Source: Lama guanicoe
Taxonomy: Eukaryota
DNA: 64,000 bases
Direction of reading: 5' to 3'
Assembly (NCBI GenBank): GCA_013239625.1
Contig: MU053881.1
Coordinates: 4,547,957 to 4,611,956, forward strand
The notes under the pieces were generated by a model. The model was not told the origin of the DNA and made no database searches. It worked only from the letters and a program-made list of their open reading frames with translations. Below are positions 24,521 through 36,589 of this stretch, one piece after another. How positions within the stretch are numbered: position 1 is the stretch's first letter; every line of letters begins with the position of its first letter. Position numbers and translations under genes: made by a program.

Positions 24521-25269
24521 ATGGTGGACACAGTCAGAGTGTCTCCAGATGTGACATCCCCATGTACACTAGTCAACGTCACTCACTCATTCACTCACTC
24601 ACATGTAACCCAGAAGGCAGCTGCAGCCTCACGCAGCAGGTCTATGGCTTCAGAAAGCTCAAGCCTCCCCCGTTCTCCCGCGCTGTGCACACGCAGGGCT
24701 AGAGCTCATCATTTTGATGGGAGAGCAGGGAGAAGGGACTTACCCTGTGTAGCTCGTGCAAACAGCTTACAGAATTGTATTAGAAATGTCTGTTCTCGTA
24801 GCCCTTTCCAGCACCCCTCCTATGCACACACATGTGCGTGCACACACGTGCACACACATCACTTGAGCTTTCTTCCCCTCTTCCTCCTGGCCAGTAGCCT
24901 CAGCCTCTGAGGCTCCTCTTCCCATCCACCCATCTCCAAACCCAGGGATCCTCACTGTCTTGCCCTCTCCCTCTGTTTGCAGGGCTAGCTGGCACCCTGC
25001 CGCAGCTCCCAGGTATGTTCCCAGAAGCTCTTCTACGTGGGGTGCAGAGTGAGGGCCTTCCCAAGTCGGCAGCCCACCCACCGAAGAATGCACAGAAGTG
25101 ATTCCACGTCCTGTTCACTGATCACTCATTCAACGAATGTCGGTCGGGCAGCTGTGCTGTGCAGCAGGCCTTGGGTGGTACAGAAGACACAGGACTACAC
25201 TCTGTGCCCCTCTGTGTGATGGTGTGTGACAGCTGCTTTCACTTCGTTATCCAAAAAATACCTGGAAAT

Positions 25270-25820
25270 GTTATCATTAGCATTACATCTGTTGTTATGG
25301 TTAGGCCTTTTGTCTTGCCAGACCCCTCTCACTTCTGCAAGACACTTTGCCGTAGACCATGAGTTCTACTCCCCGACTTCAGTCATTTATAAACCATCCT
25401 GCCGATGTCAGTCATATGCGTACCACTGTGTTTTATTGGCTTTACCAAAGTATTGAAGTGACTCACTTTCTCTACTTACCATTTAAAAAAAATTTTATAT
25501 CACTACCATAAGTGGAAAACTATAATCCCGTGCGGTAAATGGAAGGCAACCTTAAAATTAAATTCAATTTTAAAACTATGCTGTGAAACTTCAGCTAAAT
25601 ACAGAAACCTGAGCCCCTGCCCTCTCTCTCTTTGTTAAAAAGGGAACACAGGAGGTGTTGGGCAGGTGTCAGAGACAGTCTAGCCCCACACTGAGACTTA
25701 CTCCTTGGTGTGATCCGCAGAGTTCTAAAGGGAGGGGTGTCCTCACTGAGGGGCGCAGTACAACTTCATGCCATCTCTGTGTACCATCCACAGCCATCGC
25801 CGTCAGGTACCACCAGTGAT
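25270..25820. mobile_element. Charlie-family hAT remnant
   Basis: GCGTACCACTG, TATCACTACCATAAGTGGAAAAC, CTCTCTTTGTTAAAAAGGGA and GTACCACCAGTG resemble Charlie internal sequence. Confidence 0.5.
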
Positions 25821-25829
25821 TTCCGTCTA

Positions 25830-26200
25830 AGGCAGTCAGGAGACACACGTGGTGCAGCAGCAGCAAATGACCCTCAGATCTCAGTGGCTTAACATGCAAA
25901 CGTTACTTCTTGCTCGTGTCCATGGTGGGCTGACAGGGTCCCTGCTCATTCGTGTTGCTCAGGGCTCCAGGCTGATGAAGCAGCTACCCATTTTGACTGC
26001 TGAGGGCCATTTTGCCAAAGGGAAAGGAGAGGGTGACATGAAGCATCAATGCTCTTACTGCTTCCACCCGGCAGTGAACGCTCACTGCCTGCGCTCACTG
26101 CTCGGTGGCTGACTGAAGTCACCCGGCAGGAAGTTCAATCGTACCGTGTCCCAGAAGGAGCGAGAGCTGGAAAATTTATGAAAGCCATGTGGACTTCTAC
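25830..26200 (-). mobile_element. Old MaLR MLT1 (K/L-like) LTR
   Basis: ATCTCAGTGGCTTAACA...CTCAGGGCTCCAGGCTGATGAAGCAGC...GCTCTTACTGCTTCCACCCGG. Confidence 0.7.
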
Positions 26201-26477
26201 CCCACCCATGCCCTGAGAGCACTGCCCCAAACAGCTGCCCCAGCCTCTCTGGGCACATTCTTCTTGACATGACCCATGACACCCAGACAAACCGGACCAC
26301 TCACCGTTCCACGACCATGACCATGACCATGGCCATGCTCTGCACTCGCCTTCCCCTGCCTCTGCTCGAGGCTGCCACTGACTGCAGCACCATCTCCCTG
26401 CCTCCCAGCCTTCTCCCTTGTCAAGAATCCACGTGTTTCTGAGGCTCTGTCAGTCCCCCACACTGAACGTAATAATT

Positions 26478-26497
26478 CTGTGTGTGTGTGTGTGTGT
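26478..26497 (+). repeat. (TG)n microsatellite
   Basis: Direct reading. Confidence 0.95.
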
Positions 26498-26554
26498 TTT
26501 CATAGGGTAACGTTATAATTTGCAGAACTAGAAGGGATGGACCCCCCTCATTTA

Positions 26555-26776
26555 CAGCCGTTTCTCAACCCCAACCCTGTCAACATTTGAGCAGGATCAT
26601 TCTCTCCTGTGGGGACTGGCCTGCACAGGGTAGGTAGTATGTTCAGCAGCATCCCTGAGCTTGGCCGAGATGCCAATGGCAACTGCTCTCTCCAACTCTG
26701 ACAACAAAAAAATGCCTCGAGACGTTGAATGTTCCTTGGGAGGGAGGGCAAACTTTCCCTCAGTTGAAAAGCACTG
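26555..26776 (-). mobile_element. MER20 hAT-Charlie MITE
   Basis: Terminal inverted repeats CAGCCGTTTCTCAAC...GTTGAAAAGCACTG; internal ATGTTCAGCAGCATCCCTG and TGACAACAAAAAAATG. Confidence 0.9.
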
Positions 26777-27439
26777 TTTTTTACAGGGCAGCCAAGAGGA
26801 ATTAAACACGATGCCCAAGGTGACACGGTGACTTAATGGCTGAAGGGGCTGGAGGAATCCATGCTCTTGCCCCCTTCCCCGCCCCCAGCCCTCATCCAGC
26901 GCCCTTGGTGCTGGTGCACAGGGATCAGGCTGGGAGGATAAATGAGAGAAATGCGCTGGACTCGTATTCTCTTCACATATTTGATGTGTTCTGTTGAGCA
27001 GTTTCATAAAAAAGATACGCTCTTGCTCATAATTAAAAAAAAAAACACAGACAATTTGGTCTGTCTTATATTTTTCAACTTTTGATACAGATGAGAGGAC
27101 CGGGGTATTTCATTCTCCCTCAGTTCTACTATATGCAAAAGAGTAATGTTCATCCAGTGACAACATGGCAACTGACAATGTTAAGAGGGAGACACTAGGG
27201 AGCGCTGGGGACTGTGTGACACCCGAGAAGGCTGCCCCAACTCAGAGGCCAAGTGTTGTATGTAGCACGCTGTTAGAATTTTTCCGACAGTTGAAATCCA
27301 GATTTTAAAGATTTCCTAATTTTTAGAGGCTGGAAACTAATTTAGTTTTTTTTTTTTAATGCACAGGTGTGGCCCTCGGGCCACACAAGTCTGCCGCCTC
27401 TACATTATACAGGCGACCATGGCGTACACTCATGAGATA

Positions 27440-27620
27440 TGTCACTGCCCCAGCTCACAACTCGCCCTGAACGGCAGGGTCATCGGAGGGTCCCAGACCC
27501 CACTTCAGACCTGCTGAAAGGAAAGGCTCCAGGGTGGGCCTCTGGGATCCATATTTCTGAAAAACTCTTAGATGAAGGTTCTGATGGAACAGTTCCCTTG
27601 ACAGAGTTGGAAACCACTGT
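27440..27620. mobile_element. MER5-like hAT MITE
   Basis: CCCAGACCCCACTTCAGACCTGCTGAA...GGGTGGGCCTCTGGGATC...TTGGAAACCACTG. Confidence 0.6.
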
Positions 27621-28194
27621 ATGAAGTCCTCCCCTCGCCTCCTCAGACCGTGAGCCCCATCTTATCCATTCCCAGCACAGACAATGTGCTCTTTACGTAT
27701 CTGTTCAAATAGAAGCACCAGAAAGGTTGAAGTAGTAATTGCTTCTGGGTTTTTCACCTGGATCTCACTTTTTTTAAGAAAAATCTCTATGGTATTTGGT
27801 TGCAACATTCTTTTATCAACTCCAAGGTTCCTTGGAAGGAAGATGGTCATGGATGGCAGGGGCGGGAGGGTAGGCAAGTCACATTATTGCCATTTTAAAT
27901 CAAAGGAGAAAGTCTGTGTTGAGGCTTCAGTTCCACCAAGGCGGGAGGGACTCAGCCCTCACCCACCCCTCTCCTGGACAAACCTTCCTCCAGCTCCCTA
28001 CAGGGCAAACAAGTTGTGGCTTCGCCTTGTGTGGGCCTCCCTGGGAAGAGGTGCTCCCTCACCATCGCTGATTAAATCTAGCAAATTGTAAATCCAGCCA
28101 CACCTGATTTCAGAAGTCCCACAACTGGGGAATTCCCTTCCAGTTATGTTAGGACCAAGGTGCAAAAATGTAGGTACAAGGATGTTGCAGCACC

Positions 28195-28356
28195 GGGGGG
28201 ACGGGTGTAGCTCAAGTAGTAGAGCACATGTTTAGCATGCACAAGGTCCTGGGTTCAATCCCCAGTGCCTCCTCTAAAAATAAACAAACAAACAGACGAA
28301 CCTAATTACTCCCCCCCTCCAAAATAGTAAAAAAATTAAAAATTAATTAAAGAAAA
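28195..28356 (+). mobile_element. Camelid tRNA-derived SINE (Vic-1 type)
   Basis: GGGTGTAGCTCAAGTAGTAGAGCACATGTTTAGCATGCACAAGGTCCTGGGTTCAATCCCCAG plus A-rich tail; degenerate TSD AAGGATGTTGCAGCA / AAGAATGTGACAGCA. Confidence 0.92.
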
Positions 28357-28544
28357 AAGAATGTGACAGCATTGTTTGATAAATAAACTTAATTACTTCC
28401 TCCAAAAAAAAGTAAAAAAATAAAAATTTGAAGAATCTGAAAAAATAAAGAATGTCGCAGCATTGTTTGAAGGAGTGAAGTTGTGGACGAGACCTAGGTG
28501 TCCATCCAGGGGACGGGGGAGGAACTGACTACGGTCCATGGGGA

Positions 28545-29294
28545 TGACGGGAGACCAGTCAGCAGGTGGCCCCGTTGGTCTCTGTCCCAGCAGCTCACTC
28601 GGGCCCTCGGCAGCCCCCTCACCCGTTGCCTGTTCCAACACCTGCCTCTCTTTACCTGGTCACTGCTCATTTTTGGTCTCAGACTCTAGATTAGACTCTT
28701 CCCGGGAAGAGGCACCAGGCACACGTTGAGAACAGGCATGACACAGGACAGAAGGGGCAGGACACAAACGCCAGACAAACGCAGAAGGGTGCAGCGGTTA
28801 GGATATGATGTGATAAAGGCCGGCTGGAACCGGCTGAAACCAAGGTGGCTCTGCGAATAGCCCGGTCCCTGAACTTCAGTCCATTATATCTTCACTGTAA
28901 TATCAAAAGTCACTCCCCTCACACAACGACAGTTCCGAGGCGGCCCATAAAAGGCCAAGAGGCAGGCAGCGGCCCAATTCCTGGGAAATTCCCCACCCTT
29001 CCCCGAAATAGCAGGAATATTCCTCCCACTCATTAGCCTATGAAATTACTCAACCCGTAGAACCCTACGACCCCATGCCCTGAGCGTGGACCCCATGCCC
29101 TGAGGCCATTCTCATTTTCTGAGATGGTCCGCATTCTGCCTATGGAGCGTGTATCTCTCCAAATAAAGTGGCCTTCGCTTTTCCTCGGCTCCCTCTTGAG
29201 TTCTTTCCTACGCGAAGCCAAGAGCCCTCACCTGGCGGTGCGTCCTAAGGACTCCTGCAGGTCCCAGGATGCGCCATCTCCCTCTCCTGCAACA
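28545..29294 (+). mobile_element. MER41-like ERV1 solo LTR
   Basis: Collinear MER41 blocks: GCCGGC...AAACCAAGGTGGC, AAAAGTCACTCCC...GACAGTT, TTCC..GGGAA.TT.CCC.CCC.TTCCC.GAAA, CTGCCTATGGAG, AATAAA at 29162, TTCTTTCCTACGCGAAGCCAAGAGCCCTC, ending AACA. The 5' boundary is approximate. Confidence 0.8.
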
Positions 29295-29799
29295 GATGTG
29301 TAGGTACTGACGTGGACAAGATGCTCACGATGTAGTGCTGAGGGGCAGAGACGTTCCAGGATGGCATGTGCGTCACGCTGGGAAGTGTGCAGAGGTGTGA
29401 AGGTGACGTCGTGAAGGGGCCGGGTCACCCAACAGGGCTTGTGAAGCACCCAGAGGGCAGGGGCAGCAGGAAGTCACTGCCCGGCCTCGGCCTCAGGGGA
29501 CGAACGGAGGCCCAAGGTCATTCCCGAGTCCGGAGAGAGCTGGGCTGTGGAAGAAGGGCCCAACAAGGCCCGTGGCCTCAGGGAGCCAGGCCACTCGGGG
29601 AGAACCACCCAACGGGGGGTCGGGGGGAGCAGGAGGGGGGAGGAGGGAGTAAATACCTCGGCCTCCTTCTCCCATTGGCCACCCCACCCTGAAGCCGGAG
29701 GAGCCCAGGGGAGCCAGGGCACTGCTGGGACACAGACACAGGGCAGGGAAAGACGGAGAGCTGCTGTAGGGCTGAGGGAGAGGAGGCAAACAGAGAAAA

Positions 29800-30020
29800 G
29801 CCATCAGAAGTGTGGTTTGATCCCACTGGTGTAAATTATATATATCTTTTCACATGCCTGAAAGCATCTAAGGACACACAGCAAACCACCCACGGCGGCC
29901 GTCTCTGGGGAGCGGAATTTGGGGGTGGAGGAGATGTCAGAGGGAAAGCAGAGTTTGACTTTATGCACTTGTGTATTCTTGGAATCCTTAACAATGAGCT
30001 GGTATCTTTAGAATAAAGTG
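29800..30020 (+). mobile_element. Very old L1 (L1ME-like) 3' terminus; upstream pieces at ~28160-28545 and ~29295-29420
   Basis: TGATCCCACTGGTGTAAA...CTAAGGACACACAGCAAAC...TCTCTGGGGAG...TTTGACTTTATG...AATAAA. Confidence 0.55.
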
Positions 30021-30329
30021 TCATCCTCAGCTCTGCAGCGCTGCTGGCCACCGGAAGTGCCAGGAAGAGAAAATCTTCCCTGACTGTGCAGACCAGGCCG
30101 GGCTGCCTGAGACACTCCCGGAGGTGCTGGCGGGGAGAACCACGGGGGCAAAGGCAGGGAGGCTGGAAAGCGACGGCGCATCGGGAAGGGCCAGCAGGGG
30201 ACTGGGGATGTGTTGCAGGTGTATGAGGGCCGGGCCGGTAGGTGGGTACACCACCCGAAGGGCCTGAAACCAGGAGGCCAGGACGAAGCGGTGCTTTCCT
30301 GCTCAGACTGTCCCGTGTTTCCAGAGGCT

Positions 30330-30520
30330 TACTTCCGGCTCTGTCACTTGGCTGTGGACCCCAGGGCAATTTACACAACTTCTCTGAGCCTCCTCATCAA
30401 GAAGATGACTAACAACCCCCCACCCTTCGTCTTGCAGGATTGCTACAAGGATGCAGTGAGACGTTTGCACAGTGCCTGGTACCTAGCAGACCCTCAGTCA
30501 CTGGTATTATTACTGTTGTT
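30330..30520 (+). mobile_element. MIR SINE
   Basis: GGCTCTGTCACTTGGCTGTG...ACTTCTCTGAGCCTC...CACAGTGCCTGGTAC. Confidence 0.7.
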
Positions 30521-32209
30521 GTTGTCAGCATAGGCCAAGCTCACAGTGGAGGGGGCCCATCTCTCAGCTGGGATCCTGGGGCGATCGAGGTAAAGACCCC
30601 AGGGTCCTCCCGCTGGAGGAGGCTGCCGGTGTTGTGCATCCCGTGGTCACACAGCGTCCCCCTCTCCCCGGCCAGCTGTCTGACACCCTGTAAACAGACG
30701 GGCGGGTGGGGCGGCCAGTGAGACAGCGCAGATGGTACTGAGCAAATCCAGCCGCACTTTTGGGAAAACAAGTCAGAGGCGATGGGGGCCCCCGTGCACA
30801 TCTTGGTCCGTGACAGACAGCACACCCAGGGAGGCCTCCAAGGGAAATTATGAGACGTCCCAGACCCTGGCGGGCCTCGCCAAGAACGATCTCCACCCTT
30901 GATTTCCGTGGCGCACTGCCACGGAGGCGCTGCAGACTGCCAGAGGTCACGCTGGCAGGGCTCACACCAGAGGATGTGCAGGCCCTCTCAGGTCTGGGAT
31001 CTCAGAGAGCACTGCCTTCTCGGCTCCCTCCCCAAGTCCTTGCCCAGCTTCTGGTTCCTTCCCACTCCATTCACCTGCATGCTCCTCCCTTCCCAGGGCC
31101 TTGGGACAGACTCCCAGCCAGGAAGACGGGGGGTGTCTGAGCGCAGAGTCGCCCGCGTGGCACAGCGGAAAGGGTGGAGGACAGGGCTGACCAAGGCAGA
31201 GTGTCCAGGGGGGCTGGGGTGGGAAGCCAGACCCTGGTTTGGCCTGGAGTTGGGAAAGCCACCGTCCTGCCACCTCCTCTGCTCCCTCCGATGTCGCGTC
31301 CTTCTTCTTTCCAGAACAGTTAGTCATTCCCTCGTTTGTGTCCTCCCTGCCCTTGGAGCAGATCTACTCACAGCACTACCATAGTCTTCTGCTGTGTTTG
31401 AAACCACCCACAACTACACACACACACAAACTTTCCTTACCATCCATTCTAAGGCTTACTCCAAACTTTCACTTAAAAAGTGGCACTCTTGATTTTTGCC
31501 AAGATGGGCAAAGCCATTCAAAGGAAACCTGAGTTTAATACTAACACTATGCCAAGAGTGACACACAGCAATGCCACGCATTGCTACTCCTAATAAGGAT
31601 CAGGGCAAACGTTTCTATCCGCGGGGGAAGCAGCGTGCTTATTACGTGGTGTGCGTTCTCACTCATCTTGGGGATAACCCTGCCGGGGAGCTACTGTCAT
31701 CATCCTCAGGTTCCAGGTGTGAAACGTGCAGCCCACAGAGGAAAGGGGACTTTCTCAGTGACACACCTTATAAGTGGCTGACCCAGCTGTCCAGTCCAGG
31801 TATAGCTGCGGGGGGTGCCCTCCCCGCCCAAGCACGTGCTCTCAAGCTTTCTTTCCAAGTAACAGGTGGGGACTTTCCTGATCCCCGTCATGTCCACATC
31901 TGACCGGCTGAGCTCATGCACAGCCAGTGCTCCCCAGCTCGTGCGATCGGGCGACAGTTTCCCGTCCGTAGAGACATGGTCTTCCTACATCTGTTGTCCA
32001 GTTCTGCTGCCCTCCATGCTTATTACAACTTGCTGCCGCCGGGAAGCTTTTGGTCTCCTCATCTCCTGTAGGGCAAACAGGCCCAGCCATGTCACGGCAC
32101 CTCCTTGGAGCCTTCCTCGGCAGCCCCTCGGGCCCACACTGCCCCCGCTTCCCTTCCTGCTGCACCCAGTAGGCATGAATGACGAAGGCCTGTGAGCCAG
32201 TGGGCCTGG

Positions 32210-33050
32210 GATTCCAAGCAGGAACTCTGAAATCCACCTGCCTGGGTCAAAGGGCAGCTCGGCCACTGGGCAGGCGTGTTCTGCCTCTGAGTCTTCTGTC
32301 CCCTCGTCTGTTAGTTTCTGGGGTGAGTAGTGAAAAAAGAAGCTAAGCACGAAGAGCTCAGCACAGACCCTCTCGCATAGTAAGTACCCATTAAATGCAA
32401 ATGTACTGCATTAGAAATGTGTTTATGTGCTGGGCAGTTTTCACAGCAGGTTAGTGGAGGGAAGCCCAGACCCACACATAGATCATTCTGACGTGGCGTG
32501 TCAGCGCTGGCACGGAGAGCACTGCGGGACGGTGCCCGCCCATCAAGGCTTCAGATGAGGCTTTCCAGAGGAGAGGCCACCCACTGCCTGTCAAGGATGG
32601 CACAGGCCACCGGGCGTTTGTTGTAAGCTGTTTGGGGTTATTCTGAAATTGCTTCTCACGTGGATTTACTTTGTCTCTTGCAACTTGAAGGCATGACGTC
32701 TTCTCCGCTGTATATAACGCGTTCACCACGCCTCATCCCTTTGCTTCCTCACTGCACCCCACCCTTGAGGCTCACATGCATCACTGACAGCTGTGTTACC
32801 ACTTAATATTTAGAAGACAAAGAAGGAAGAGGCGTGCAAGCCATTAAGGAACACCTTCTGCGATGCCAGGCGTCTCCCCTGCACTGTCAGTTCTAATTCA
32901 CGCAGTAGCTCGCTCTATGCTACACCACTTGCATTTTACAGATGAAAAAAACTAAGGGTCAAAGAGGAACGTGCCCAGGTTGAGGTAACTAGAGATGACA
33001 CGGCTGGACTCTGTTCCCAGGTTCATCTTAGCCCTAAGCCTTCCCCCAAA
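32210..33050. mobile_element. MIR remnants (+ at ~32210-32400, - at ~32870-33050)
   Basis: GCCTCTGAGTCTTCTGTCCCCTCGTCTG...CATAGTAAGT and CATTTTACAGATGAAAAAAACTAAGG. Confidence 0.6.
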
Positions 33051-33824
33051 TGCCGAAACTGCCTTTCCACATTGCTAAGAGATGTTAAAAGAGGAAGACG
33101 CTCATGATACATCACAGAAGGAAATTAGGCTGGGCTCCCAGTGGTCTCTGAGACCCCTGATACCTCTCTGATCATCTCCAGTGTCAGTGACGCATCAGCA
33201 CACCAACGGAGCCCCTTTCCATGAGCTGAGTGGCCATTAATTTGCTCTCCTAAGTCCTCTTCAAGAAGCAGAAACCCATTTGCCTCTCTTTATTTCTCCC
33301 CCCTCAGTTCATTTCTGGCCTGGATGGAGTCCCTTAGCGCTGGAAACCATACCACATTTCTTGGCAGCGTTTCCACCCTGGCCTTCCCAAGGCCCTTCTC
33401 ACCTACCACTTGCCAAACCAGGGACACGCACCCATAAGGGCTGAACTGACCGGTCAGCCCCACCGGACCCAAGTCAACATAACTCAGCCCAGGACTGAAT
33501 TTAGAGCCCCGCTCGCCGCCACCACGTACCCTGGCGCTTACTTGTGGCTATCTTTCTGGCATGAGGACTCTGCCAAGGGTATTTTAATGCTGACTTACAC
33601 CTCTGTCTATTCTGGGAGAATATCTCTGGACAGAAGCAGCTCGTGCCCAGGTCCCAAGACCTCTGGAATGTACTATTGGACCGTCCATGGTACACTGGTT
33701 TTCTGGGTGGGAATTCCTATTGTGAACTCGGTAGAGACCTGGAGAGATTCTTCCTCCCTTCACATGTTAGAGGGACCCAAATGTTCCCAGCCCCTGCTGA
33801 CACACATTTCTAATCAACTTACCA

Positions 33825-34560
33825 AGCCAACCACGAAAAGGAATGAGGTACTGAGAAGCTAGACAACATGGATGAACCTCGAAACACTAAGTTAAGTTGA
33901 AAGAAGCCAGGCAGTAATTGTCCCATGTTGTATGATTCCATTAATATGAAATACCCAGAATAGGCAAATGCATAAAGACAGAAAACAAGCTGGTGATTAC
34001 CAAGGGCCAGAGAGAGAGGGGCGGTGAGGAATGACTGCTTAAAGGGTGTGGGGTTTTCTGTGGGGGTGATAAAAATGTTTTGAAATTAGATAGAAGTGAC
34101 TAGAAAAGGCACAAATTTTATTTACGAACCAGAAATAGACTCACGGACACAGAACACAAACTATGGTTACCAGGGGAGAAAGGGTGGAGAGGGATAGATT
34201 AGGAGTTTGGGATTAACAGATACACATTAATGTGTATAAAATAGATAAACAACAAGGGCCTGCTGTGCAGCACAGGGAACCATATTCAGTTTCTTGTAGT
34301 AAGCTGTAATGGAAATGAATCTGAAAAAATATGTATGTATATACACACACACGTATAACTGAATTGCTGTGCTGTATACCTGAAACTAACATCGTACATT
34401 GACTAGACTTCAATAAAAAATAAGAATTTTTTTAAAAAGAAAAATATTAGAGAGAGGTGGTGGTTGCACAACACTGTGACTGCAGTAAATGCCACTGAAT
34501 TGTATACTTTAAAACGGTTATTTTTTTTGTTAAATGGATTTCACCTCAATTTAAAAAAAT
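33825..34560 (+). mobile_element. L1MB-like 3' end split by a younger L1
   Basis: CAACATGGATGAACCTCGAAAC...GTATGATTCCATT...GGGGTGATAAAAATGTTTTG resumes at GGTGGTTGCACAACACTGTG...ATTTCACCTCAAT. Confidence 0.85.
34100..34445 (+). mobile_element. 5'-truncated cetartiodactyl-type LINE-1 3' end
   Basis: AGAAATAGACTCACGGACACAG...TGGTTACCAGGGGAG...CAGCACAGGGAAC...CTTCAATAAA; degenerate TSD ATTAGATAGAAGTG / ATTAGAGAGAGGTG. Confidence 0.9.
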
Positions 34561-35119
34561 ACCTGAATCAGTGCAGAAAGGACTTGACAGAACTGACCTG
34601 CATCACATACAGGCATCAGGATACAACATGAATACAGTGTGAAATCGGAACCAAAGGAAGTGGTGGGAGGAAGGGAAGGGAATCTGGAGTGTGCTCACCA
34701 TGCAAACTGCAAGCCTTGAGCTGTCATTTGATTGTCAGAGGTGGCTACAGTTTCAACTTGAGCTTCCCAGTGGCAGAAGCAACATGGAAACCATGAGTTC
34801 TTCCAAAATTGGCAGAGTCAGGTATTCAGAAAATGCTCTATGGAAGGTCGGAAGAATTTTCTCCCAGGATTCCTGAATGGGTCACTTGTGGAGCATCAGG
34901 GCTGGGCTGGTGACAGGGTCTCCTGCCATGCTCCTCTGCCTGGCTATTCACATACCAAGGCTCAAACACCCGTCTTCTTCCTGAAAGGCACGGGCTTGGC
35001 AAACCTCCCAGCCCATCCCTCCCAGTTCCATGAAGGAAATAATCCCATTCAGAGAAGTGTGGGACCCATGGACTGCCCCCCGCCATACTAAACCAGAAAT
35101 GGTGTCTAGACAGTGCATC

Positions 35120-35560
35120 ATTCATCAGTCAGTTCACCTAATATTTGATGGGCAGCTGCTCCTTAGGCCCCAGGTACACATTGGTCTACAAAGCAAACTC
35201 CAAGAAGCTTGCCTTCTAGAACAGGAGACACTACTGTTTTTAATCATATAAACATATAATTGCTAATAGTGTTCAATATGAAGAAAAAGCCGAGGAAATG
35301 GTGTGAGTGGATAAGAGTGGAGGGTGTTTGGAGGAAGGCTTCTCTTAAGGCAGTGACGTTTGAGATGAAATTTGAAGGTAGATCAGCAGAAAGAAGGGAA
35401 GGCTTCCAGACAAAGAGCAGGAGCAAAGAGGGGGAGGGAGGAGCCTGAGGATGCCAGGAAGTGACACAGGGTCAGCGTCACTGAAGTGAGAGAGAGAGTG
35501 GAGGAAAGAGGCACGGGGATGCACAGAGGTCAGACCATAGCAGACTGAGGATGAAGAGGG
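35120..35560 (-). mobile_element. LINE-2 remnant
   Basis: CATTCATCAGTCAGTTCA tail; GGAAGGCTTCTCTTAAGGCAGTGACGTTTGAGATGA. Confidence 0.65.
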
Positions 35561-35929
35561 GAATCTGCAGGTCCAGCTGCCACCATGCCCACTCTGGTGT
35601 GTGGAGCATCATGGAAAGCCTGTCACCTGGATGGGGAAGGGAACTGGTTTCAAGGGTGGAGAGATGTTAGGATGTTGTGCAATGCATCCTTCCCCGGGTA
35701 TAAGGAAGAAGGTTCCAGAATGAACCAGGTTCTCTTTCTACTGGTAACACTGGACCAGAGAGGTCACACTTCTCACCCAGGGAGCCTTTCCTGGCTATAT
35801 CTCCATGTACCATTGGCGTGTGTCCCCCAAGGTGCTGTTAACCCTGCTTCAGTGTTTACCTCCAATATCTACGGGATCTTTCCTCGCATCCCAAGAAGTC
35901 TGGAGAATGCTGCTGGCTTCCATAGCAAC

Positions 35930-36130
35930 CATTGATTGAGCCTTTACCATAGGTTAGACCCTCAGACATCACAAGTGCCATGTGAGATGGGCATTATTAG
36001 CCCCATTTTAAATAGGAATCTAAGACTGAGAGAGGTTAGAGTGTTTGCTAACGGTGACTCAGGCAGGAAGTGGAAAACCTGGATTTGAGCCCAGGTCTTC
36101 CTGATCTCTCAGATCGCTGCCTTTTCAACC
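35930..36130 (-). mobile_element. MIR SINE
   Basis: TATTAGCCCCATTTTAAATAGG...CTGAGAGAGGTTA...GGATTTGAGCCCAGGTCT. Confidence 0.75.
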
Positions 36131-36589
36131 ACAGTTCACTGTCTGTCTGTCTGGTGACCCCTGAGATCACCCATGGTGTGCCTGCAAGGGCTCTTAATCT
36201 GAGGGCTCCTCTATGCCTCCAACCAGCTGGTAGACCTTACGAAAGGTACTGGATTATGCTTTCCTTTGAAAACAAAGGAGCTGTCGGATTTAGGGTTTCC
36301 AGAGGCATTCCTCAACATTTTAGTCCCTCAAGGTTCTCCCTGACAAAGGGATCCCATGTTCAAATCCACTGGAGAAACCTTGCATACTCAGTCGCTCTCT
36401 TGGTGGTTCACATGTGGTTAAGGCTTTGAGAAATCTCATGCAGTCTGGCGTTCTCCATGCCTGTTTAACCATGGGATCTTTTGGTGTGAAATTCCTAAGA
36501 TCATCCCGGAAACTGGTGTTCCAAAGCACACACATTAGAAAGGACTAGACTTGAACACCCAAACACCAATTGCTGTCTTCCCCGTACCA

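Noticed and set aside
28195..28275. tRNA-like sequence (also at 6890, 46351, 53210, 62080)
   Set aside because: SINE heads with A-rich tails and, in most copies, TSDs; no proper acceptor stem, so not tRNA genes
30189..30205. Weaker CTCF-like matches (also ~19957, ~28557, ~58477)
   Set aside because: Mismatches at key core positions and no upstream module
29366..32350. Dense overlapping ORFs of 90-180 aa on both strands
   Set aside because: Expected from stop-codon scarcity in GC-rich DNA; Pro/Gly/Arg/Ser-rich translations with no homology or clear exon structure
32500..32524. REST/RE1-like site TCAGCGCT-GGCAC-GGAGAGCAC
   Set aside because: Non-canonical half-site spacing and mismatches in both halves
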